NCBI RefSeq assembly: GCF_030684315.1
Contig: NC_081364.1
Coordinates: forward strand, 12,925,286 to 12,989,285
Direction: 5' to 3'
Source of the DNA: Stegostoma tigrinum
Taxonomy: Eukaryota
Length of the DNA: 64,000 bases
The notes below the pieces were generated by a model. The model had not been told where the DNA came from, searched no databases, and saw only the letters and a list, made by a program, of their open reading frames with translations. Shown here piece by piece: positions 38,001 to 50,000 of this stretch. How positions within the stretch are numbered: the stretch's first letter is position 1; the number at the start of each line of letters is the position of its first letter. The translations under genes were made by a program, and so were the position numbers.

Positions 38001-41000
38001 TCGTGGGGAACCTTATCAAACACCTTGCTGAAGTCCATGTACACCACATCCACTGCTCGACCCTCGTCAACCTGTCTCGTGACTTCCTCAAAGAACTCAA
38101 TAAGATTTGTAAGGCATGACCTGCCCCTCTCAAAGCCATGCTGATTCCCTTTAATCAGGCTATGCTTTTCCAAATAGTCATAAATCCTATCCCTCAGAAT
38201 TCTTTCCAAAACCTTGCTGACCACAGGCGAAAGACTGACTGGTCTGTAATTTCCAGGGATTTCCCTATTCCCTTTCTCGAGAAGGGGAACAAACATTTGC
38301 CTCCCTCCAATCTTCCGGTATGACTCCTGTGGAGAGTGAGGAAGCAAAGATCTTCGCAAGTCCCACTCACCCCTGTGCTTGTATTGACTCTTGATCTCAA
38401 TTTTGTTTTCTATCCTCATTGCTGATTCCTCTCCACATTTCTGTGATCTCCTTCATTCCTACAATTCTTTGAGATTTCTGTGTTCCTCTACGTGCTGCCT
38501 TGTGAACGACCCTGATCTCTCATTTTTCTTTTATTTGCTCATAGGGATGTGGGCGTCATTGGCTAGACCAACATGTATTGCACACCCCTAATTGCCCAGA
38601 GACAACCCACTAAGACCAGGTAAGGGTCGTAGAGCTCCCTCTCTAAAGTATATTAGCAATTCAGATGGAGTTTTCTTTTAATAACAATCAATAATGGTTG
38701 CATGATTCCAAATTTTATCTGCCATCGTGAGATTCGAACCCTTGTTGCCAGAATATTGGCCTGAGGTTCTGGATTGTTAGGCTAGTGACATCACTATTCG
38801 GTCAACAACTTCCCTTCACCTTATATTGCTAAGTCCTCAGCCTAAAGCTGTGCGCTCTGGAACCCCTCTTTATAGTTGACAGATAGAGAACAATAGGATG
38901 CTCCTTAAAACTTGCTCATCATCTACCTTGAACTACACCCACAGGAGGTGTTAAAGACAAATCTTGTCTGATGCCCTTCCACTTTGGGCTAACGAACATT
39001 AAAGCTGCTCGGTAAATACTATTTGCTATTCAGATAGTTGCTGCTGCATGCTCGGGCATCAGCATGTACAGCTGCTGCTACGTAAGAGTTTTTTTTCCTG
39101 TATAATTTTTTGTTCCCCTCTTTATTCTACATTGAGTCAATTTGTGACTTAGCATCTGAATTACATATAAATGACAAGCATTGTGCTGTAATAATCAAAC
39201 TGTTTAAATAATAAACTCGATGAATATGAGGAAGAGGGGAACAGAAGATCATACTGATAGGGCCAGATGAAGAGGGGTAGTGATAAGGTCATGTTCAGCA
39301 TAAGTACTAGCATTGACCTGTTGGGCCAGATGGTCTATTTGCACATTCCTATCTAATTAACAAAGAAAATCAAAGACTGTTTACAGTAAATTTGCAACAA
39401 CAAGCATCCCTCAAACCAGAATAATCCTAACCAACATCTCCAATGCAACTCCCAAACTCTGGATATACACATCAGTAAACCGGAAGACCTTCTGACACAA
39501 ACTTGCGATAGACTGCTGTTGGATACTCTTGTTGCCAGAATATTGGCCTGAGGTTCTGGATTGTTAGTCTAGTGACATCACTATTTGGTCAACAACTTCC
39601 CTTCACCAAAGATTCAATTCAGCACTCAAATGCTGACTTGCAACCTTGCAGGTGGATACATAGAGAGGCATGCCTTGAAGAACTCCAGACAAAGATGGTT
39701 ACACTACTGCCATTAATTAGATCTAGGTCAACGCATTCATAACCCATCGTGGAGGGATGCTCTGATCACTTATTGGGAATGACAGCCACTACTAAACATG
39801 AGAAAGCAGCAAGCACTGTGTGTTTTGATTTACCAGCTCGACCTGGTCCCAGTGCTGGCTAGATACTACAAATTTTACTGCATAATATCAAAAAGCAGGT
39901 TTCACCAAACTTTTCCAATGTTTGCAATTTCTGTCGGAGCCTGCGTGCCTCCTCTTTTGAAGATCTAGAATCATCCTGCTGCTGTTCCAGATATCGCATC
40001 TGCTTCTGTGAAAATAAAACCCGGGGGTAAAGTAAAGGCAAGTTCAACAAATGTAAGTAGGCAACCCCCAATCCAATTGGAAAGCTGAGGAGATGTACAA
40101 ATTACCTTGAGAGTCGAGCACAGCATTTCTGTCTCATTCAGTTCCTTGTTCAAAGATTCCACTCTTGCATTGCGTTCATCCAGGGTGTCCCTCAGATTAT
40201 CAATGATTGTCTGGCGATCCATTTTCTCTTTCTCTGAAACCAAATCACCAACCTATGAGTAAACCATCATCCTCAACCTTACTTGTACAGTCAACACATC
40301 CCATCACAAATAGAGTGATAGCTTGGTTCAGTTGTTGATGCTGTGACATTTGAATCAAGATGTCATGGGTTCAAAATCCACTCTGAAATTAGAGTGCCCA
40401 ATCAAACCTGTTATTTGAACACCATATGAGGAGATATTAAACTGCTGGTCATGCCTCCTTTTGGAATGTATCCCATCAGTGTTTAAATGGACATAAAAGT
40501 TCTGCGGCACTATTCAAAGAGCTGAAAAATTTACTAGTGTGTCCTGGAAAGTACATCTCAACCAAGCTCATTCACTAAAACAGCAAATTAACATGTGCCT
40601 TGACTCATTTTATTGTCAGGAGGATCTTGCTAGACTAACATTGCTGCCAATGCAATTTAGCTGATCATTAGTTGCAAATCTTAACTGCCCTCGGAAATGG
40701 CCTCAAGAATGAATCAGTCTTGGATCCGCTACAATTTCCAATTTATATTAATGTTGCTGTTGGGCAGACAATACCAAACTAGAAAGCCCATTAGATTTGG
40801 AGCAAGTGCTGCAAAAACTTAAAGGCAGCTTGGAAGAATAGCTTATTACTGGAAAGGTGAGAGATAGACTGTTTGTTGGGTGGGGTAGAGGAGGAAAGGG
40901 ATTTTAGACTACAAATAAGGCCAGTCACAAGATAACATCAAATTAATGAGACCAAGGCACACTAAGCTTGATTTATAGAGAGAAAAAATTAAAAAATGAG

Positions 41001-44000
41001 AGATTTTGCTCAATCTACAATCAAATCGTGGTGAGAGGCTGGATTACTCTTAGAACATTCTGTCTGAGTCTGATCATCTTATTAGAAAAAAGATATAGCA
41101 ACATTGTTGAAGATGAAGAAAAGATTTACAAGGATGATTCCAGAAATACATGGGGATACATTCAGGAAAGCAATGACAGGTTGTGTCCCTTTTGAAAACG
41201 GAAGATTGATAGCTGAGAAGACGAAGGTGAATCCAAAGAGATTTTTTAAACTATATTAAACGAAAAAGAACAACAAGAGAGAGAATAGGACCCCTCAAGG
41301 ACCAAAGTGGACATTCATGTGTGGAATCGTAGGAGATGAGCGAGGTCCTCAATGAATATTTCTCCTCTGTGTTTACTGTGGAGACAGACATAAAGACTTA
41401 GGAACTTGGGAAGTTAGTGGTGATATCTTGGTGACACGTTGGGAGTATTAGAATGTATGAAGGTCGATAAATCTCCTGGTCCTTATCAGATATATCCAAG
41501 AACACTAAGAGGCAAGAGAAGGAATTATGGGGGCCCTGGCTGATATATTTGCATCATCGTTAGCTATGGGTGAGGCCCCAGAAGACTGAAGGGCAGCAAA
41601 TGTTGTGCCCTTATTCAAGAAAGGCTGAAAAGAAAAACCTGGGAATTGTAGACAAGTAAGCCTAACATCTGTGGCAGGTAAGTCACTGGAGAAGATTCTG
41701 AAGAATAAGCTACACCTTATTTGGAAAGACAGAGTTTGATTAGGAGTAGTCAGCATGACTTCATGCATCGGGGGTCATGCATCACAAATTTGTTAAGAGT
41801 TCTTTGAAGAAGTGACCAAGAAGGTTGATGAGGGCAGGGTGTTGGACATAGTCCACAAGGATTTCAGTAAGGCCTTTAATAAGGCTCCACATGGAAGGGT
41901 GCTCTGGAATGTTAAGATTACATGGAATCCAGGGGGAGCTGGCAAATTGGATTCACAATTGGCTTTATGGTAGAAAGCAGAGTAATACTGGAAGGATGCT
42001 TGTCGGACCGTGACCAGTGGTGTGTCTTGGGTTGGTGCTGAGCCCTTTGCTGTTTTTATATACATCAATGATTTGGGTGAGAATGTGCAAGGATGATTCG
42101 TAATTTGCAGATGACACTAAAATAGATGGTATTGTGGACAGTGAGGAAGTTTATCAGAAATTGGAGCAGGATCTTGATCAGCTGGGTAAGTGGGGCAAGA
42201 AATGGCAAATAGAGTTGAAATTAGATAAGTGTGAGGTGTTGCATTTTGTAAAGTCAACTCAAGGTAGGAGTGTTCATGGTGACTGGTAGGGCCTTACAGA
42301 GTGTAGTGGAACAGGGGACCTTGGAAGCCAGGTGCACAGTTCTCTAAAGTGGAGTCACAGGTAGACAGGGCAGTAAAGAAAGCTTTTGGCATACTGACCT
42401 TCATCAGTCAGGGCACAGAGTACAGAAGTTGGGAAGTTATGTTGCAGTTGTACAGGATGGTGTTGAAGCTGCACTTGTGGAGTAGTGTGTTCAGTTTTGG
42501 GCATCTTGCTAATAGGAAGGATGTTATTAAACTGGAAAGAGTGCATAAGAAATGTACGAGGATGTTGCCAGGACTCAAAGGACCGAGTTACAGGCAGAAA
42601 TTGGACACGCTAGGATATTTGTCTTTAGAGCGTAGGAGACTATGGGAGTATCTTACATAAGTATATAAAATCAGAGAGGCATGAATAGGATGAATGCACT
42701 CATGTCTTTTTCCCAGGGTTGGGACTAGACGGCATTGGTTTAAGCTGACAGGGAAAAAATACAGGGTATACTTTTGTTTTTACACAGAGGGTGGTACTCA
42801 TATGGAATGAGCTGTCAGCAGAGGTGGTTGAGGAGGGTACATTAACAACATTTAAAAGGCATGTGGACAAATAAATAGACAGGAAAGGTTTAGAAAGATA
42901 TATGCCAAGTGTAGGGAAATGGGGTTAGCGTGAATGGACATTTTGATCGGCATAGATAAGTTTGGGCCAAAGAGCCTGTCTCCATGCTGCAGGACTCTAT
43001 GACTCTACCTAATAGAGATAATTAAAATTATTAAAGGCTTGGACAGAGTGGAGACACACAGCGAATTCACCTTCTCATGAGGAAGACCTGAACTAGAGTC
43101 CGTCAAGCGAAGATGGTTACAAAATCCCACAGGTAATTCAGAAGACACTCCTTTATCTTCAGTGGTGGGAATTTGGAACCCACTACAGAAACCATGAGTA
43201 GAAGTAGACTATTTGGCCTTTCAAGCCTGCTCTGCCATTCAACACAACCATGAGTGATCTTCTATCACGCCATATTCCTGCTTTCTCTCAATACTCCACT
43301 CATGCCTTTAATATCTAAAGACCTATTAATCTTTATGTTGAATGTACTCAGTGACTCAGCCTTCACTGCCTTCCATGGTAGCAAATACCCTGTGGGCGAA
43401 GAAATAGTGCATCTAAGTCAATCACCTTTACCACTAACACAGTGAGAGGCTGAAGTGAAATCTATAGATACATTTAAGAAGCTAGTGATGCTTACGAGAG
43501 AAAAAGGAACATAGAATTACAGACACAGATTTTGAAGGAAAAGATTGGAGACAGCTCATTTGGAGGAGAATTGCAAACATGTACTGCTGAGCTGAATGAC
43601 TACAATTCTGCTGGATTTTATTTCCTGTACAAGATACATAACTGGGAAGAACAACATGATTGATATGTTTGAAAGAAAATTGGACAAATACATTGTGAAA
43701 GCATTAAAACAGCAACTGAAGTTAAAAAAAGCTGCAGGAGAGTTTTTGCAGAGTTAGCAGTCAAAATGTCATGAAAAGCAGAAAATCAATCAATAAGGTC
43801 AACACATTTTTATATTATTTACTAAAATAGCAGAATACAGCTCAGAGGAAGTCATGAGTAAACTGAAGTGGGATCACATCCCAGAATTCTCTGTCCACAC
43901 TGACAGATGAGGCAGTTATTCAAAGTTTGGAATTTGTACAAAAACAAGTAACGAGGTACATCCCAACATTAGGAGATCTCAGTTGCAAAACTGGAAAAAC

Positions 44001-47000
44001 AAGAGTACTGAGCATTTGCTGATGACACAAAGTTGGGTGAACTACGTGGGGGATGCTGAGATACTTCGGTGCGGTTTGGACAAATTGCACGAGTAAGCAA
44101 ATGCATGCAAGATTAAGTATAATGTGGATAAAAGTGAGGCTATCCACTTTACTGTTGGTGATTTCTCTCTTGCCAGTAATCAGTACTGTTGACACACACT
44201 ATAAAACACTGTCCCCCTTCACATTGGCATTCTTATGAATTACCCTAATGGGTACAAGTTGAAGAGCTCTGATAATGTGCCTTTTTTAAGCAAACTGTAA
44301 ATGATAAGGGAAAGTCAAATCTAGAAAATTACTTAATTGTGCAAATGGGCCATGTAACCAAAACAAAAACTGAAGATAAATTTAGCAATGACATTAAGTC
44401 AAATTTTTTTAGAAGATTCATCATGGAATGGAATTAACGTGAAGTGGAGATTTTTAAAAAAAACCTGGAGTCATTGAAAAAACAAATCAGAGCACACAAA
44501 TTGTGAATTTTAGAACCGAGTGCAGCATTAGGGTATTTCATTGCATGAGACAATTACAGAAAGCTTACAGTATTCCTTTCCAGACACCAGTCTTGGTAAG
44601 TCACAAAAAAAACCTTGACAAAACCCTGTTGCCATTTGGAATGCAGGTGGAGTGTTAGAAAACTCGCTTGTGCTCACTATTCTTCACATAGCAATGGCTA
44701 AGATGAGGCACCTTCCATCAGAAAGTGTGATCTGGAGTTGCAGTTCACTGCAGCCAGCAACTGGCAGCAGTTTAAGGACCGTTTGATCTGACCTGTCAAT
44801 TACTAATTGATATGCAAGAAACCAAAGTTGAAGTTAAAAAGACAACACTGGGTCACAGAACAGAAATTTTAACTAAAACTGCCTTAAGTATATAAGCCAC
44901 AGCTTAACAATTGCTTTTGGTCAACTTTGCACAGGTAGGGGTGCAGATCTGGACTGTTCTTGTTCATTTTTGCCCCCTTAAATACTGTTTTAGATTAGCA
45001 CGTTTAGAAACTATATCTTTTTCACATTGGAGTAAAAACGGGCATGTCAGATACAGCACGTTTTTACTCTAAATGCATTCACCTGGCAAACTTAATTTAA
45101 ACACCCATTTCGCAATGAATCTCCTCTGATTGTACCAGTGAGCAACATCTATTAAAACACAAAATAAATTCTGACCTTTCTGTAACAGCTGAGACTTGAC
45201 TCTGTCCAATTCATTCTGGAAATTCACATCAAAAAGAAAGAAATCAATCTGACAGATTCATATAGCACAGAACAGAAACAAGAACAGTAAACACCTTTTA
45301 CATCAATTATGAAAAGGTAAATGAAACCCAGCATGTTTAAGAAAAAACTGGGTACTGATAACACGCTACAACAATGTACAAGTGATCTGAATTTAAATTC
45401 AGTTCAATTTGAAATGGCTTAATTTGAATTCTGCAGATAAATTAAAATTATGAATGCGCTTATTGAATTAAAATTCTGATCACATGCTGTTATATAGAAA
45501 TGTTTAATTCAATTTTTAGATAATTTAACTTCTTGAGCAAATAATCCTTCCAATTAAAGAAAGCAAACCATATTGAAATATAGGAACAACATCTATTGGG
45601 ACACTGTAGCAGCTACAAAAGCAATAATTGTGTCAAAACCGGTTTGGCAAAGGGCAATGTTTGAAACATTATTTTCTCTGACCAAATTGCTTATCCCACT
45701 GCATAATATCAAGTATTCATTAGAACTAATTCATAACCCTGGCAGACAACTCATAGGCAAAAGGTCACAGGACTTAAACATTATCTCTGCTTCTCTCCTT
45801 GGATGCTGCCTGGTTTACTGAACAATACCATCATGTTCTGGTCTTATTTCAGCATTGTAGAATCCACACTATTTTAATTTTATGTTCATTCCACAATCTG
45901 TATTCCTTCTGCAAATGTCCAACATTTCTTTTCATCTCTCCACATAGCAAAAACATTGTAGCCTCACTTCCAGTAATAATTATTCAACAAGCCTCCAGTT
46001 AACACATCACGTTTCTGATCTTGACTTTGTGCAACAGACGACCACTAACTTGGCATTTCATTGGCAAAATGAATTGAAAAATTAGTTGAAATTGGAATGA
46101 AGACAAATAACCTTGTTCTGGGAATCAGACAGGCAGTTACAAATTACTTGATGTGTTTCCTAAGATTACAGTTCATTCCTTTGATTAGATTAATCATTAT
46201 TTTCAAAGTCTCAGGGAATTCTAGAAAATTCCAGCCATACCTGAACTCAAGTGAATTGATTTGCAGAACAAAGTAACCTAAATGTTGTAACTTTTCAGGT
46301 TTCTCTCAGTCCTAAACCATCCAAGTGCTCTAAGCCACTGAGTTAATTTGGTTACAGAAGAGTGGCTCCTATTTGTTTACTTTTTAGACTGTGTTTAAAT
46401 CCATAAAAATTGACTTTTTCAATTCAGTGTACAATTAAAAATGAACTTCAGGATAAACATTTCTCTATAGCGGATTATTCCCCAAAATGTCGACCAGACA
46501 TCTGAAAGGAATATGGCCAAGCTGAGCCAAAAGTAGAGCACTGTTTGAATGTGCAGACCACAAATCACACTTTTAAATTGTTTTATATTTGTTTGAGAAC
46601 TACCAAACACAATATACCTGGAACAGTCTATATAGCTCCAAACAGCAAAATACTCAAGACCAGCACCACGTGAGTTACTCTGAAAATCTGATCTGATTAC
46701 TAAAAACTGCAAGCCCGAAGTTGCTGGATTTTCGGTAAAGAGCAGCCTTACCTGGAGAGTTTCGGCATCTAGCACCTGCTCATTCTCGACTATGTTGAAG
46801 AACAGCTTGTTGATGATGTGTTTTGCACTGACCTATTAGAAAGCAAGCACAGCACATTCCTCTGCAGTGTTTCAATTTAAGAATAAATGACAATCCATGA
46901 AAAATAAAGCATACGAAGCTAAGTATTCTGGGTATAATGGAAAAGGAGTCTGTGCTGCGGTACAGAAGTGAAAATTAATTCTGTGGTACCCTATAAAATT

Positions 47001-50000
47001 GATTTGAAGGCATCTATTCCAGCTATTGTACAGATTACCTCTGTAATCCCTTTTGCCACAGATATATTAAGTACACGACTGTCTCTTACCCTGAACTCCA
47101 ATCACTTGCGTGTGATATAGCAACTTAAATGAACAACAAATGATACCAAAATGTCTGCTATGTCTCCACCAATGAGACTGCAATGAAACATGATGATTGA
47201 CAAATTACACAGACAATTCCATGATAAACATAAACATTGAAATTTAACGTGGAAAATTGCAGAGACATTACAGATAAAATATTTCTAGGTCCTTTGATTT
47301 TTCTGGTAGTGTTTGCAATAAACAAGTGCTTGTTGATGGCTATCTCCTCTCAAACAGGCTGCAACCTTGAAATAATCCGCTAATAAAAACTGGATTGAGA
47401 ACATTTGATTCAAGAAATGCAAAATGTGATCTAGGATAGGGTGAGGTAAGTCAGCATTGAGAAACTTTTCTATTTTACACACATTGAAAGGCTCGGTCTA
47501 GCACAGTAAAACAGAGTAAAATCTCCTGTGCTCAGGCTCAAAAATGCTCGTTAGCCCTGAAAAGCAAATCCTTCAACAGTGAGACAATTGGGCGAACAAA
47601 AACAAAGCTTTTGGAAAAGCTCAGCAGGTCTGGCAGCATCAGTGAAGGCGAAGATAGAGTTAATGTTTTGGGTCCGATGACCTTTCCTCACAACAGAGTA
47701 TTTATTAGCGGGTTATTCCAAGGTTGCAGCCTGTTTGAGAGGAGATAGCCATCGCCAGGCACTTGTTTATTGCAAACACTACCAGGAAAATCAAAGGACC
47801 TAGAAATATACTGTGATGTCTCTGCAATTTTCCAGGTTAAATTTCAACGTTTATGTTTATCATGGAATTGTCTGCGTAATAGAGACTATTACATCATTTC
47901 CTTGTAGATGGCAGAGAGGGTATAGTCTGTTGAACAGTGAGACACTTGCTGCAGAACTCCCATCCTTTGACCTGCAGCTGTAGCCATAATATTGATGTGA
48001 TGAGTTCAGTTCCATTTTTACTCAGTGGTAACTCCATGGGATGTTGATGGTGAGGGGATTCAGTCATGATAATGCCACTGAATGCCAGAGTTCTGAGGAA
48101 GGGTCACCGGACCCGAAACTTTAACTCTGTTTTCACCTTCACAGATGCTGCCAGACCTGCTGAGCTTTTCCAGCAGCTTTGTTTTTGTTCTTGATTTACA
48201 GCATCTGCAGATCTTTTGGTTTTTATTTAGACAATTTGGTGACACTGGTTGCAAACTGTCAGTGGGAGATTTGTAAGCAACACTTGTAATGTAACTTTCT
48301 ACTTCCTTCTCTGTCAGACCCTTACAGCCACCAGAAACTAGTAATATTGGTGGCAAACAAATGCCTGGTAATGGCTATCTCCAACAAGAGATAATCTAGC
48401 CATTGCCTCTTGGCATTCAATGGCATTATCATGACTGAATGTCCTCACCATCAACATCCTGTGGAGTTACCACAGAGTAAAAACACAACTGAACTCATCA
48501 CATCAATATTATGGCTGCGGATCAAAGGATGAGAGTTCTACAGCAAGTGCCTCACTTTTCAACAGACTATAGCCTCTCTGCCATCTACAAGGAAATGATG
48601 TAATAGTATCCACATGTCTGGATGAATGTGTCACCAACAACGCTGAAGCAGCTCAATACAATCCAGACAAAGGCAGCCCATTTGATCCACATCCCATCGA
48701 TCAATTTAAACATTCATTTCCTCCACTGCTGACTTAGTGGCAGCAGTGGGCATCGTTTACAAGATGAACTGCAGCAATTCATACATGGTTCTTAAAGGGG
48801 TTGATAGGGTAAATGAAAAGCTGTTTTCCCTGATGGAAGAGTCTGGAAACAGAGTGCATGGCCACAGAATTAAGGGGGGAGGGGTGCAATTTAAGACTGA
48901 GATAGGGAGGAATATATTCTTTTAAAGGGTTGAATATTTGCGAAGCTCCTTCCCAGAGAGATGTCAGGATAGAGACCTTCTGTATATTTGAGGCTGAAAT
49001 ACGTAGATCAGTCAGGGAATCAAGGGTTATAGGAAAGGGGAGGGAAATGGATGTGGGGAATGCTGAATAGCCTACAGAAGGCGGAGGAGGCTCAAGCGGC
49101 TGAATGGCCTATTCCTGTTCTTGTTTCTTATGATCTTATGGTCTCCCCTGTCAGCACCTTCCAAACTCATGATTTCTACCACCTAGCAGCAGCAGGGAAA
49201 ATGATGCAAATTCCCATCCAAGCAACACACTATGCTGACTTGGGACTATAATCGCTGTTATTTTGCTGTTTTGTGCTAAAAAATCTAGAACTCCCTTCCG
49301 AACAGCTCACTGTGTGGATCTAAACCTGATGAATTCTACTGGCTTAAAATGGTCGCAGCCCATCATCACCTTACGAAGGGTAGCTAGAAATATGTCATAA
49401 ACAATGGCCGTGCTAACAATACTCATATGGTTATCCTGAACTAACAAGAAAAATGGACTTCCAGTTTGGTCTGGCCTTGACTTCTGGGTTCTTAGCGAAG
49501 AAAGAGGACTGCTTTCAATTTACCTTCACTGCAGTTTTGAATTTTCTAACTGTTTTTGCTTTATTAAAAATGTAATTTAAAAGTATAAAGGCGAAAATGC
49601 AATTGAGTCACTAGCTTCGCTGCTGTCAAGATATTTGAAAACATATCCCCACTAAGCTAAAAAGGAATATGCCTAAAATTATATATTACATATGCTTGAA
49701 ACAGAATGCATTGTTACATTTGTCTCATTTGTATTTTTAAAATAACAACTATTTCTAATTTAGTCTTTATTTTCAAAGCAACATTCTGATTAAGACAAAC
49801 AGATAGCCAATTATCAAACCTCTGCCCTTTGAGATAGGACACATTCAGAAAATGGAGTTCACAGAATCCCTACAGTGTGGAAACGGGTCCTTCGGTGCAA
49901 CAAGTCCACACCCACCCTCAAAACAGCATCCCACCCAGACCCAAACCCATTCCCCCTACACGTTCCTGCATTTTCCATTGTTAACACACCTAATCTACAC

